Assembly (NCBI RefSeq): GCF_006345805.1
Contig: NW_021832396.1
Coordinates: 1-64,000, forward strand
Source of the DNA: Octopus sinensis
Lineage: Eukaryota
Direction of reading: 5' to 3'
Length of the DNA: 64,000 bases
Below, piece after piece: positions 35,434-48,359 of this stretch. The translations under genes were made by a program, and so were the position numbers. Under the pieces are notes generated by a model, which saw only the letters and a list, made by a program, of their open reading frames with translations, ran no database searches and was not told the DNA's origin. Position 1 is the stretch's first letter. Each line of letters begins with the position of its first letter.

Positions 35434-38400
35434 ATTTTATCCAAAATCCTCCAAAGATGCTCTCTGTATTGGCTGACAAATATTTTGCTCTAATAAAATC
35501 ATAGAAATCAAACGTGACATTGAAGATGTTACAAATGGAATAAAAACACATCCAGAAGCAATAAGTGGTTCTGCTTTAGAGTGTCGCAAAATGTGACCTT
35601 GTCGCAGGTCAAAGAAATGATGCCACGAAACATTAAACAAAGGAACTCAAACAATCCAAGCGGTTTGTGTTTAAGTGTGATTCATTATATAAGCTCTTTG
35701 TCGGATCATTTTAGCTTCCTTCTACTTCTAATGCTTTGCAAAAAGCAAAAGAGAAGTGAAATATAGACAAGCAACAACCGGCGAGTGCAGTTCTGTTGTT
35801 TATCATTTACGAATTATTCACTTCTGCAGTTGGATAAGATAAGGAGAACTGCGGATCCATGAAATAAGCTGCCAGACGAGATAGTGAAGATGCCGACGAC
35901 CGCTCGGTTCAAAGTCTCCCTTGACCAGAAATGGCCTGAACTCTTTGTATGACCACCCTCCCTGTACATAACTCCCTGTCCCACTACATGGCCTTGCTTT
36001 TGCTTTCTGAACCAATAAAAATTGAATTGAATCAAAACAATCTAAAGATGCCCAGTGAAATATAGACAAGCAACAACCGGCGAGTGTGGTTCTAGTGTTT
36101 ATCATTTATGAATTATGCAGGTTTGATAAGATTAGGAAGAAAATGGAGGAAGAGAACTTTAATTATGTTAAAGAATTTCTCCAAAAATATCCAAATAAAA
36201 TAAGTTGTTCTTTGTATTTGCTGCTAAATATTTAACAATACTACCTTAAACTTCAGAAATGCTATTAAAAGCAGGAGCTGAACAATTCTGTCCTGGTGCG
36301 GACATAAAGTCGCTTTGGACAATACGAAAGGAACGCATCTTCTTAGACCCACGTTCAGTACTTCTTGACTGATCCTTCATTTTTGGCAGAGTAGCTATAT
36401 TCTTGGGGCCAATGTCCAACATACAATGCTTCCACGAATTTCATACTGGCCCATATATGAACACAAAAAATGTGTTGTAGTGTCCCCAATGTATTGTAGT
36501 GTCCTCTCTGTCTAAACTCGTATGGTGAATAAAAAATAGTGCAGTTGAAACCAATGAACATGACCGTTACCAAAACCATATGAACCTGAAGATTGCATAA
36601 ATGCAAGAAAGTATACTAGTCCAATAAGAATGGACAATTAATATTTCATTTGTTCGTTAAGAATAGACAATTAATATTGCGTTTCATACCTTTTTACTGT
36701 TTTATTTTATAAGATTATACAGAAAACTTAGGATAGGGACTAATTATATCAAAAGATTTATCAAAAGAAATCCAGATAAAGTAAAACCTTCTGGGTGTTG
36801 GCTTTTCAAAGTTTTTGAACAACATTGAAAATGTCGCAAATTTTATCCAAAATCCTCCAAAGATGCTCTCTGTATTGGTTGGCAAATATTTTGCAATAAT
36901 AACATCCAAGAGATCAAAGGTGACATTGAAGATGTCAGAAACGGAATAAAAACACATCGCATTGTTTTAGCCTTCAAATGACAGATTTATCACAAAATCG
37001 ACATTCAAAACAAAACATCCAGCTCATGTTATGGCTTCGGGTGTTGTGGCTTCCGATGGAAAGAAAATTCCTATAAAATTCTACAAAGCTGATGAAAAGA
37101 TCAATGTTAATACTTACTAAAAGACTCAGAGAAACCAGGTATTGACATGGCTTAATTTTATCCAAAATCCTCCAAAAATGCTCTCTGTATTGGTTGGCAA
37201 ATATTTTGCTCTAATAAAATCATAGAAATCAAACGTGACATTGAAGATGTAACAAATGGAATAAAAACACATCCAGAAGCAATAAGTGGTTCTGCTTTAG
37301 TGTCCCAAAATGTGACCTTGTCGCAGGTCAAAGAAATGATGCCACGCCACGAAGTACTGAACCCACGTTCAGTACTTCTTGACTGATCCTTCATTTTTGG
37401 CAGAGTTGCCATGTTCTTGGTGCAAAAAGTCCAACATACAATGCTTCCACGAATTTCATAAAAAGCATTAGAAAGTATCGACTTGTTTAATTAACCAAGC
37501 AACTATATGCACAAGTCCATTAGGAATAAAACAAAGAAAAGTGACTGAAGCATTGAAAATATCACAAAATTTAGCCCAAACCATCCAAATGATAGAAGAT
37601 GTTGTTTGTATTGTTTGGCAGATATTTAGCAGAAACGTTAAGGGAAATCAAAGAACGTGACATTGAAGGGGTCACAAACGGAATGAAAACACATCCAGAA
37701 GCAATAAGTGGTTCTGCTTTAGAGTGTTGCAAAATGTGACCATGACACAGGTCCAGGAAATGATGCCTCTACACTTTATACAAGACAGTTGTGTCCCCAA
37801 AGTCCACCCCCTCCTCACCGTGGTGGGGACGCTGGCAATGGGTAGTGTCAGAGCTCTGCCGTCGGGAACTTCGGTTCCTGGTAGAGCCACCAAAGGCAGA
37901 TTGGTCTGACACCGAGTGGTATTAGGGCCACAACCCTGCAGACGGGGCTCTAGTGAAAATCAAAGTGGTTCTGTTTTAAGTACGACCCGTTATATAAGTT
38001 CTTCGTCTGATCATTTTAGCTTCTTTCTATTTCTAGCATCTTTCGTTGACAAGAAATGGAGTTTGATAAGATTACTGATAAGATTGTGAAAGATGCTTGG
38101 GAGAAATGAAACGAAACCATCAAACCCTTTGCAAAAAGAAAATGAGAAGTGAAATATAGACAAGCAACAACCGGCGAGTGTGATTTTATTGTTTCTCATT
38201 TAAGAATTATTCACTTCTGCAGTTGGATAAGATAATGAGAATTGAGGAGGGAGAATTTAATTATCTATCTCTTTTCATTTTCTATAATTGCTAAGTTTAT
38301 CAAAATGTACTTAAATTACACACATGTGCCACTATTGGTGCGTGGAAAGTGTCCGGTATGAAACCATTCTGTGGCACAAAAAAAAGGTTAGTGATCACTG

Positions 38401-39319
38401 CATTAGACAAAACTCAGGTTTCCAGTATAAATGCCATTTTAAGTGAGATTTTAAAAACCATCACCTTCTTTGTATTATTGTTTACCTCTTTTTATAAGGG
38501 TTTTCTTCAAAATCCTATCACTATCAGCTCTTAGCATGTTCCACTCAAAAGATGGAACAGTGAAATATAGACAAGCAACAACCGGCGAGTGTGGTTCTAG
38601 TGTTTATCATTTATGAATTATGCAGGTTTGATAAGATTAGGAAGAAAATGGAGGAAGAGAACTTTAATTATGTTAAAGAATTTCTCCAAAAATATCCAAA
38701 TAAAATAAGTTGTTCTTTGTATTTGCTGCTAAATATTTAACAATACTACCTTAAACTTCAGAAATGCTATTAAAAGCAGGAGCTGAACAATTCTGTCCTG
38801 GTGCGGACATAAAGTCGCTTTGGACAATACGAAAGGAACGCATCTTCTTAGACCCACGTTCAGTACTTCTTGACTGATCCTTCATTTTTGGCAGAGTTGC
38901 CATGTTCTTGGTGCAAAAAGTCCAACATACAATGCTTCCACGAATTTCATAAAAAGCATTAGAAAGTATCGACTTGTTTAATTAAGCAAGCAACTATATG
39001 CACAAGTCCATTAGGAGTAAAACAAAGAAAAGTGACTGAAGCATTGAAAATATCGCAAAAGTAAGCCCAAACCATCCAAATGATAGAAGATGCTGTTTGT
39101 ATTGTTTGGCAGATATTTAGCAGAAACGTTAAGGGAAATCAAAGAACGTGACATTGAAGGGGTCACAAACGGAATGAAAACACATCCAGAAGCAATAAGT
39201 GGTTCTGCTTTGGAGTGTTGCAAAATGTGACCATGACACAGGTCCAGGAAATGATGCCACTACACTTTATACAAGAAAATTGTGTCCCCAAAGTCCATCC
39301 CCTCCTCACCGTGGTGGGG

Positions 39320-40870
39320 ACGCTGGCAACGGGTAGTGTCAGAGCTCTGCTGTCCGGAACCTCGATTCCTGGTAGAGCCACCAAAGGCAGATTGGTCTGA
39401 CACTGAGTGGTATTAGGGCCACAACCCGGGACGCTAGCAATGGGTAGTGTCAGAACTATGCCGTCGGGAACTTCGGTTCATGGTAGGGCCACCCAAGGCA
39501 GATTGGTCTGACACCGAGTGGTATTAGGGCCACAACCCAGGACGCTAGCAATGGGTAGTGTAAGAGCTATGCCGTCGGGAACTTCGGTTCCTGGTAGGGC
39601 CACCCAAGGCAGATTGGTCCAACACCGAGTGGTATTAGGGCCACAACCCGGGACGCTAGCAATGGGTAGTGTCAGAGCTATGCCGTCGGGAACTTCGGCT
39701 CCTGGTAGGGCCACCCAAGGCAGATTGGTCTGACACCGAGTGGTATTAGGGCCACAACCTGGGACGCTAGCAATGGGTAGTGTCAGAACTATGCCGTCGG
39801 GAACTTCGGTTCATGGTAGGGCCACCCAAGGTGGATTGGTCTGACACCGAGTGGTATTAGGGCCACAACCCAGGACGCTAGCAATGGGTAGTGTAAGAGC
39901 TATGCCGTCGGGAACTTCGGTTCCTGGTAGGGGCCACCAAGGCAGATTGGTCCAACACCGAGTGGTATTAGGGCCACAACCCGGGACGCTAGCAATGGGT
40001 AGTGTCAGAGCTATGCCGTCGGGAACTTCGGCTCCTGGTAGGGCCACCCAAGGCAGATTGGTCTGACACCGAGTGGTATTAGGGCCACAACCCGGGACGC
40101 TAGCACTGGGTAGTGTCAGAACTATGCCGTCGGGAACTTCGGTTCATGGTAGGGCCACCCAAGGCGGATTGGTCTGACACCGAGTGGTATTAGGGCCACA
40201 ACCCAGGACGCTAGCAATGGGTAGTGTAAGAGCTATGCCGTCGGGAACTTCGGTTCCTGGTAGGGCCACCCAAGGCAGATTGGTCCAACACCGAGTGGTA
40301 TTAGGGCCACAACCCGGGACGCTAGCAATGGGTAGTGTCAGAGCTATGCCGTCGGGAACTTCGGCTCCTGGTAGGGCCACCCAAGGCAGATTGGTCTGAC
40401 ACCGAGTGGTATTAGGGCCACAACCCGGGACGCTAGCAATGGGTAGTGTCAAAACTATGCCGTCGGGAACTTCGGTTCATGGTAGGGCCACCCAAGGCAG
40501 ATTGGTCTGACACCGAGTGGTATTAGGGCCACAACCCAGGACGCTAGCAATGGGTAGTGTAAGAGCTATGCCGTCGGGAACTTCGGTTCCTGGTAGGGCC
40601 ACCCAAGGCAGATTGGTCTGACACCGAGTGGTATTAGGGCCACAACCCGGGACGCTAGCAATGGGTACTGTCAGAGCTATGCCGTCGGGAACTTCGGTTC
40701 CTGGTAGGGGCCACCCAAAGCAGATTGGTCTGACACCGAGTGGTATTAGGGCCACAACCCGGGACGCTAGCAATGGGTAGTGTCAGAGCTATGCCGTCGG
40801 GAACTTTGGTTCCTGGTAGGGCCACCCAAGGCATTTTGGTTTGACACCAAGTGGTATTAGGGTCACTACC
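39320..40870. repeat. 111-bp satellite, ~14 units, with a 333-bp higher-order trimer
   Basis: GACGCTAGC at 39430, 39541 and onward. Diagnostic variants recur every 333 bp (spurious ORFs start at 39518, 39851, 40184). Confidence 0.95.
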
Positions 40871-41250
40871 CGGCAGACGGGGCTCTGGTGAAAATTCTCA
40901 GAGTGTCTGCTTCGGCAACCGGCGGCTCCTCGGTCGTTCTGTCCCTGCGTCTGCGGACAATCTGTGGCAAACAGGATGTTCCTACATGTGGGATTGTTGG
41001 GGACCGCTTGTGAAATCAACATATTCCCACAAAACTTCTTCCGGAGGACCTCTCCATGCTCACGGGATCGCAGGTGGTCAGCGTGCGCCGATGGAACCGT
41101 GACTGGCTCACTATCTCCAGTGAATTGGCGCAGGACCGTCGTGCGTGGGGTGCCATGGTTCAAGATGCCTCAAGGGTGGTAGAAGAAGCCGAATCAACCG
41201 GCCCCGGATGAATGTCACCACAAGTACAAATACAAGTAAGTATACAAGAC
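40871..41250 (+). mobile_element. RTE-clade LINE 3' end with a (CAAGTA)-like tail
   Basis: EDLSMLTGSQVVSVRRWNRDWLTISSELAQDRRAWGAMVQDA..ESTGPG* followed by CAAGTACAAATACAAGTAAGTA. Confidence 0.7.
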
Positions 41251-41394
41251 AATCAAAAGAAAATAAGTTCTATTTGAAGGGTGAACGATTTCAGAAGTTT
41301 TTTTTGCCAGACTATTTGAGTTTCCCTGTATTTCTAGCAGATTTCGTTGCAAAGAACTACAAGAAGGAAAGACTGATGTTGTGAAAAATATTTT

Positions 41395-41436
41395 GGTGGA
41401 CAAGATGTTGTTTTAGAAATTGACGAATCCAAGTTT
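41395..41436 (+). pseudogene. Merlin/ISXO2-like transposase first catalytic motif remnant
   Basis: GGQDVVLEIDESKF matches the GG..V.EIDES motif. The match is short. Confidence 0.55.
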
Positions 41437-43419
41437 ATGCATTTGATGCCACAAATCTTTACACGATAAGAAAATTTCTTCGAAATAGGCCAAGTAAAAG
41501 AAAGTTCTTTCTTGCATTGGCGTCTCAAACTTAAGACAACACAACAAATGGAGATTGATAAACATTATAGATTGGTGCAGTCAAAAATATTTTAATAGTG
41601 TGAAGTGGGGAATGAAATTAAACCATGAAATGCTTTGTAAAGAAAATGAGAAGTGAAATATAGACCAGCAACAACCGGGGAGTGTGGTTCTATTCTTAAT
41701 GTACTTGGATAAGATTATAAAGAAAATTAAGCAAGGTGACTTAAAATATGAGAAAATTTCTTCGAAATAGGCCAAGTAAAAGAAAGTTCTTTCTTGCATT
41801 GGTGTCTCAAACTTAAGACAACACAAGAAATGGAGGTTGTTGAAGTTGTTCTGCTTTATGTTGTCACAAAATATGGCCAAGTGACAGGTCAAGGAAATGA
41901 TGCCACAAATCTTTACACAAGACAATCCAAATAAAAAAGGGCTGCTCTATTGTAAGAGTGACCCATTTTAGAAGTTTTTCTTTGGACAATTTTGGTTTCC
42001 TTCTATTTCTAGCATCTTTTCCTCGCAAAGAAACGGAGGTTGATAACATTGCATATTGATGTTGTGAAAAATGTTTTAGGGGTCATGGAAGGAAACCATT
42101 AAAGGACTTGTGAAACAAAACAGAAGTGAAATATAGGCAAGCAACAAGCGGCAAGTGTGCTTCTATCATTTATGAATTATTTACATCTGTAGTTTAATAA
42201 GATTATACAGAAAACTTAGGAAGGGGACTAATTATATCAAAACATTTATCAAAAGAAATCCAGATAAAGTATTGGCTTCTCAAAGTTGATGAACATTGAA
42301 AATGTTGCAAATTTTATCCAAAATCCTCCAAAGATGCTCTCTGTATTGGTTGGCAAATATTTTGCAATAATAACATCCAAGAGATCAAAGGTGACATTGA
42401 AGATGTCAGAAACGGAATAAAAACACATCACATTGTTTTAGCTTTCAAATGACAGATTTATCACAAAATCGACATTCAAAACAAAACATCCAGCTCAAGT
42501 TATGGCTTCGGGTGTTGTGGCTTCCGATGGAAAGAAAATTCCTATAAAATTCTACAAAGCTGATGAAAAGATCAATGTTAATACTTACTAAAAGACTCAG
42601 AGATACCAGGTATTGACATGGCTTAATTTTATCCAAAATCCTCCAAAGATGCTCTCTGTATTGGCTGACAAATATTTTGCTCTAATAAAATCAATGAAAT
42701 CAAACGTGACATTGAAGATGTTACAAATGGAATAAAAACACATCCAGAAGCAATAAGTGCTTCTGCTTTAGAGTGTCGCAAAATGTGACCTTGTCGCAGG
42801 TCAAAGATATGATGCCACGAAACATTAAACAAAGGAACTCAAACAATCCAAGCGGTTTGTGTTTAAGTGTGATTCATTATATAAGCTCTTTGTCGGATCA
42901 TTTTAGCTTCCTTCTACTTCTAATGCTTTTGCAAAAAGCAAAAGAGAAGTGAAATATAGACAAGCAACAAGCGGCAAGTGTGCTTCTATTCTATCATTTA
43001 TGAATCCTTCACTTCTGTAGTTTGATAAGATTATACGGAAAACTGAGGAAGGGCACTTTATTCATATCAAAAGATTTATCAAAAACCTGATAAACACAAA
43101 ATGTTCTCAGTATTGGCTTCTAAACGCCGAGCAACAGCATCACATTAAGTCAAGATGACATTGAAGATGTTTCAAAATTTATCGATAGACATCTAGATAA
43201 ATCTATTTGTCTTTATTACCAATGCAAAACGTCTGCTCATTGGTCAACAAACGGATGTTGTATACGCTTTATAAAAAAGCAACTGGAAAACACATCACCA
43301 CGACGGATTCGGTGGAGGTGTGGGCAGTCAAGTTTAAGGTTGACCCCCTCCAGAAGTAACCAAAAAGAGGACAGCGGTTTATAGAACACTGTCCATAAGC
43401 TGTAAAAAGATTGAGATAG

Positions 43420-43846
43420 CTTTGGAAGAAGCTATAGAGAAATGTCTGGAAGAAGTAAGGAGTGTTGCAACGTTCTACACTCACTCCATTGTGATGCTGA
43501 GGTCGCGAGAATGGGTATGCCTGCCGACCTACTGTGGCAGAAGAGTCACGAGAATTAGGATAGGCAGGGTACCACCAGAAATTGAAGAAGTGTGGCAGCA
43601 GTGATGCACAGAACCCACAAAGATGTAAAGATATTAAAAGTGGCAAGAACAAAGAAAACGAATTGCTGGGGTTATGGCCTGGAAATGGTCATCCAGGCCA
43701 CCCAGCAAGACCTGAATGAAATAGCAGAAGAGGTGTTGCTGCCGGAAAACAGAGTTCATAGTGGTGGTAGAAGGGTGACCTCCAACATGCTACCGCTGTG
43801 GAGAAAAGGGGCACATCAAAATAAAGTGCCCCCGGAAAAACAATGA
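43420..43846 (+). pseudogene. Decayed gag/ORF1-like retroelement fragment with a CCHC zinc knuckle
   Basis: EG*PPTCYRCGEKGHIKIKCPRK (CX2CX4HX4C) at ~43770-43840, preceded by GRRVTRIRIGRVPPEI. Confidence 0.7.
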
Positions 43847-45611
43847 AACCAGCATGAACAAAGTCAGCGTAGCAAAATGAAAAACGCAGCGTAGGTGGAG
43901 TGTATGGAAGATACAGAAGAAGAGGGATTTACAGAAGGGCCCAAAAGAACAAGAAAGGAAATAGATACAGCCCTGAAGAGTCCAAGCATTTACTGCAAAG
44001 ACAGACAGAAAGGTGATTATACATGTGCAGCAAATGCTGTAAGTGTGAGTGGCCACCTGCACCCATAGAAGTGACACAAGTTGGTGCTCCAGCAAGAAAT
44101 TGGAAAAGTCTCATCTGCTTGGAGTAGCACCCTTTTCCTCCAAACTGGGGATGAGGAAAAGAGGTCAAATAACTGACATCACAACGGGGTCTAGCGACTC
44201 TGCTCAGGTAATGGACTTGGCTGCAATTTATAATGTAAGCATATCCATGTTTATGCCTGGAAAATATAGAATCATATAATGAGGAAGATGAAATTACGAA
44301 TCAAATCAAGAGCTAAAAGCACTTACTCTTATTCCTTATAATGGAGGTCCTATCAGGACGTCTCCAGATGGCATCGTTCCTTATGAAGCTCATGAGTGAG
44401 AGTTTATCAAACATGTCTCAGAGTCTCATCAAATAAAACCAGATGAGAGCAGAAATTGGAAGTTTCTCATTGAAATATGAAGACGAAGAAATTACAAACT
44501 AAATCAAGAGCCAAACACTGTTATTCTTATTGTTCTTGTAGTCGATAACGGGTCCGTCAGACTCAAAACAAATGACAGATAACGTAAGATATGTTGGCTG
44601 CCCATATCATTATATGTCCCCCACATTATGAATGCATGATCCGACAGTGTGGTTTATACATTCTAGAGACACTGTTTTTTTGTCTCTGCATACAAAGTTA
44701 GGCAGCACCTGCACATCTTATGTATTCACTGCCCTTCCATAGGATGTCCTGTTGGAGATCCAGGACTTGATTACATCTCCGGATGACACTGTTCCTTATG
44801 GAACTCCCCAAGTGAGAGTTTATCAAGCCTAACTCAGAGTCTCATCAAATAAAAGCAGGAGATGAGAGCAGAGGAAGTAGTTTGATGTTTGTCATTAAAA
44901 TATGAAGAAGAGGAAATCACGAACTAAATCAGTTGTTCTAATTGTACTGGTAGTTGATAATGGGTCCATCAGACTCAAAACAAATGACAGATAACGTAAG
45001 ATATACTGGCTGCCCATATGTTTGTCATTGAAATATGAAGAAGAGGAAATCACGAACCAAGTCAACAGCTAAAAATGCAAAGTGTCATTGTTCTTGTAGC
45101 TGATAATGGTTCCATCAGACTCAAATCAAAAGAGATGACTAAGATAAAACAAGATCAACAGAGGAAATAAAAAATAATCCTCCTATTGTCGCTTCAACGG
45201 CCAGGAAGAGCCTCATGGAAAGACAGGAAACGGGTGGACCAGAGCAGTATTGAACCCATGGATTCTATGATCGGGTGAGAAAAATGGTTGCACATGCAAT
45301 TGAAGCGAGGACTATAGTTACTCCAAAGGACACGTGTTGTAAGTTCAATAACAAAATATACCTCCGGGAAGATTGGTGCAGCCATGGGGCCCCAGCCAGC
45401 TCGTAATGGCATGGTGGGACGGTGGCCTGAAAGAAAATATGTCAAGTGAGACATTTTATGAGTGTGTACAGTTATATACTGACGAATGGTCCAGTTATGT
45501 TGAACAGTTCCCACACCATAAAAAAATTGGGTGCCTGCTTCCATGCATCTCACAGAGATACGGAACCCTCAACCGATTCTTGGCGGTGGTGATGAGATTT
45601 TTTCTTGGGGA

Positions 45612-47570
45612 TGGGGGGGTCACTTGTCTATCCAACTGGATGCCTCCTCGGGGCCAGTTCTGCAGACTACACACTTGTTTGAAGGACACCCTGAACGGGC
45701 TGTAAATAAACAAACTCAACTCGGAGGCCTTGGTCGGACAAAAGAAGAATTTAAACAGAATGGGGGGGGGGTCAATTGTCTGTCCAACTGGATGCCTCCT
45801 CGGGGCCAGTTCTGTGGCCCACACACTTGTTTGAAGGACACCCTGAAGGGGCTGTAAATAAACAAACTCAACTCGGAGGCCTTGGTCGGACAAAAGAAGA
45901 ATTTCAACAACAGGATGGCGGGGGGGGTCACTTGTCTATCCAACTGGATGCCTCCTCGGGGCCAGTTCTGTGGCCCACACACTTGTTTGAAGGACACCTG
46001 AAGGGGCTGTAAATAAACAAACTCAACTCGGAGGCCTGGTCGGACACAAAGAAGAATTTTAACAGGATGGGGGGGGGGTCACTAGTCTATCCAACTGGAT
46101 GCCTCCTCGGGGCCAGTTCTGTGGCCCACACACTTGTTTGAAGGAACCCTGAAGGGGCTGTAAATAAACAAACTCAACTCGGAGGCCTGGTCGGACAAAA
46201 GAAGAATTTAAACAGGATGGGGGGGGGTCACTTGTCTATCCAACTGGATGCCTCATCGGGGCCAGTTCTGTGGCCCACACACTTGTTTGAAGGACACCCT
46301 GAAGGGGCTGTAAATAAACAAACTCAACTCGGAGGCCTTGGTCGGACAAAAGAAGAATTTAAACAGGATGGGGGGGGGTCACTTGTCTGTCCAACTGGAT
46401 GCCTCCTCGGGGCCAGTTCTGTGGCCCACACACTTGTTTGAAGGACACCCTGAAGGGGCTGTAAATAAACAAACTCAACTCGGAGGCCTTGGTCGGACAA
46501 AAGAAGAATTTAAACAGGATGGGGGGGGGGTCACTTGTCTATCCAACTGGATGCCTCCTCGGGGCCAGTTCTGTGGCCCACACACTTGTTTGAAGGACAC
46601 CCTGAAGGGGCTGTAAATAAACAAACTCAACTTGGAGGCCTTGGTCGGACAAAAGAAGAATTTCAACAGGATGGGGGGGCCACTTGTCTGTCCAACTGGA
46701 TGCCTCCTCGGGGCCAGTTCTGCGGCCCACACACTTGTTTGAAGGACACCCTGAAGGGGCTGTAAATAAACAAACTCAACTCGGAGGCCTTGGTTGGACA
46801 AAGAAAATTTCAACAGGATGGGGGGGTCACTTGTCTGTCCCACTGGATGCCTCCTCGGGGCCAGTTCTGTGGCCCACACATTTGTTTGAAAGACACCCTG
46901 AAGGGGCTTTGTAATAAACAAACTCAACTCGGAGGCCTTGGTCGGACAAAGAAGAATTTCAACAGGATGGGGGGGGGGGGGTCACTGTCTGTCCAACTGG
47001 ATGCCTCCTCGGGGCCAGTTTCTGCGTCCCACACACTTGTTTGAAGGACACCCTGAAGGGGCTGTAAATAACAAACTCAACTCGAGGCCTTGGTCGGACA
47101 AAAGAAGAATTTAAACAGGAGGGGGGGGGCACTTGTCTGTCCAACTGGATGCCTCCTCGGGGCCAGTTCTGCGGCCCACACACTTGTTTGAAGGACACCC
47201 TGAAGGGGCTGTAAATAAACAAACTCAACTCGGAGGCCTTGGTCGGACAAAAGAAGAATTTAAACAGGATGGGGGGGGGGGGCACTTGTCTGTCCAACTG
47301 GATGCCTCCTCGGGGCAAGTTCTGTGGCCCACACACTTGTTTGAAGGACACCCTGAAGGGGCTGTAAATAAACAAACTCAACTCGGAGGCCTTGGTCGGA
47401 CAAAAGAAGAATTTAAACAGGATGGGGGGGGTCACTTGTCTATCCAACTGGATGCCTCCTCGGGGCCAGTTCTGTGGCCCACACACTTGTTTGAAGGACA
47501 CCCTGAAGGGGCTGTAAATAAACAAACTCAACTCGGAGGCCTTGGTCGGACAAAAGAAGAACTTCAACAG
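45612..47570. repeat. ~150-bp satellite, ~13 units, each with a variable poly-G tract
   Basis: The unit ...GGGGTCACTTGTCTATCCAACTGGATGCCTCCTCGGGGCCAG...GGTCGGACAAAAGAAGAATTT repeats at a ~151-bp period. Confidence 0.95.
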
Positions 47571-47599
47571 AATGGACTGGCAAACCTGGATTGCAGAGG

Positions 47600-47810
47600 G
47601 TTACAACCACACCACCACCAAGAGTTTTGCTTCAGTATGGGACCCAACAGAAAAATGTCTCGTCAGGTACAACAATTTTTACTGATAAATGAGCCAGTTA
47701 CAAAGGGCCTTTCACCAAACTCGGCGCCTACATTCACCAAACAGTGAGTCATGCCAAGAATTTCTTGGTTCCAGACAATGAAGCATGCACCAGCCGTATT
47801 TAGACCTATT
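47600..47810 (+). pseudogene. Merlin/ISXO2-like (IS1595-related) DDE transposase fragment
   Basis: NVSSGTTIFTDK*ASYKG...YIHQTVSHAKNFLVPDNEACTSRI resembles GTTI.TD.W.AY...H.TVNH...F..P....TN.IE. Confidence 0.7.
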
Positions 47811-47889
47811 CATCTCATGAAAACATTAATTGATGAAATTAATTATTCACAATGCCGACAGCTCCATAAAGTGCCAATCTCTCAAAGTG

Positions 47890-48258
47890 GAAGATTTAGG
47901 ATTGAGACTGCCGGTGCCTTGTTGTACTCAAGAAGACCCATACCTCACAGCAGAATTGCTAAGACCAAGTGGTGTAAAGCATTCATGGAAGTCAGGAGGC
48001 AGTGTTTGCAGTGGCGCATTAACAAACCTGTGTGGTGCCACATAAAAGTGCCAGTGTGGTGTCGCATAAAAAGCGGCCCATGCTACCAAGATCCACCAAC
48101 AAAACTGATCTAGCGTGGACCTACAATCAGATACCCATCTAACCTGCTGATGTTCCAAACACAGCAATTGCCACGCCCTTCAGACTGAGTTTTTGTGGAT
48201 GCCCTTCAGCTTCCAGAATGCGGCACAGACATTTCAATGCTTTATAGACACCGTCAAA
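47890..48258 (+). pseudogene. Ty3/Gypsy reverse transcriptase remnant
   Basis: YNQIPI*PADVPNTAIATPF..F.WMPFSFQNAAQTFQCFIDTV (with a frameshift) resembles YHQIP..D..KTA..TPFG.FE...MPFG..NA..TFQR. Confidence 0.8.
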
Positions 48259-48359
48259 AATTGTCTCATTAAATAAATGGTTGTTTTTGCATAATAAGAA
48301 TTTTTATAGAACCTAATAATCTAGGACGGTAATAAATGATGCCTGTAAACAAAAATAGC

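Larger units (their letters stand above)
34750..43200. repeat. Patchwork of shuffled, locally duplicated 100-500-bp modules
   Basis: For example 34751-35020 matches 36440-36712, 36055-36390 matches 38560-38900, and 37362-37830 matches 38855-39330. A GTGAAATATAGACAAGCAACAA-like motif recurs about 7 times. Confidence 0.8.

Noticed and set aside
35430-43100. Armadillo/TPR-like host pseudogene (..IKTHPEA.., ..FLQKYPNK..)
   Set aside because: The resemblance is weak, with many stops and inconsistent frames. Without a profile search it cannot be separated from decayed transposon sequence.
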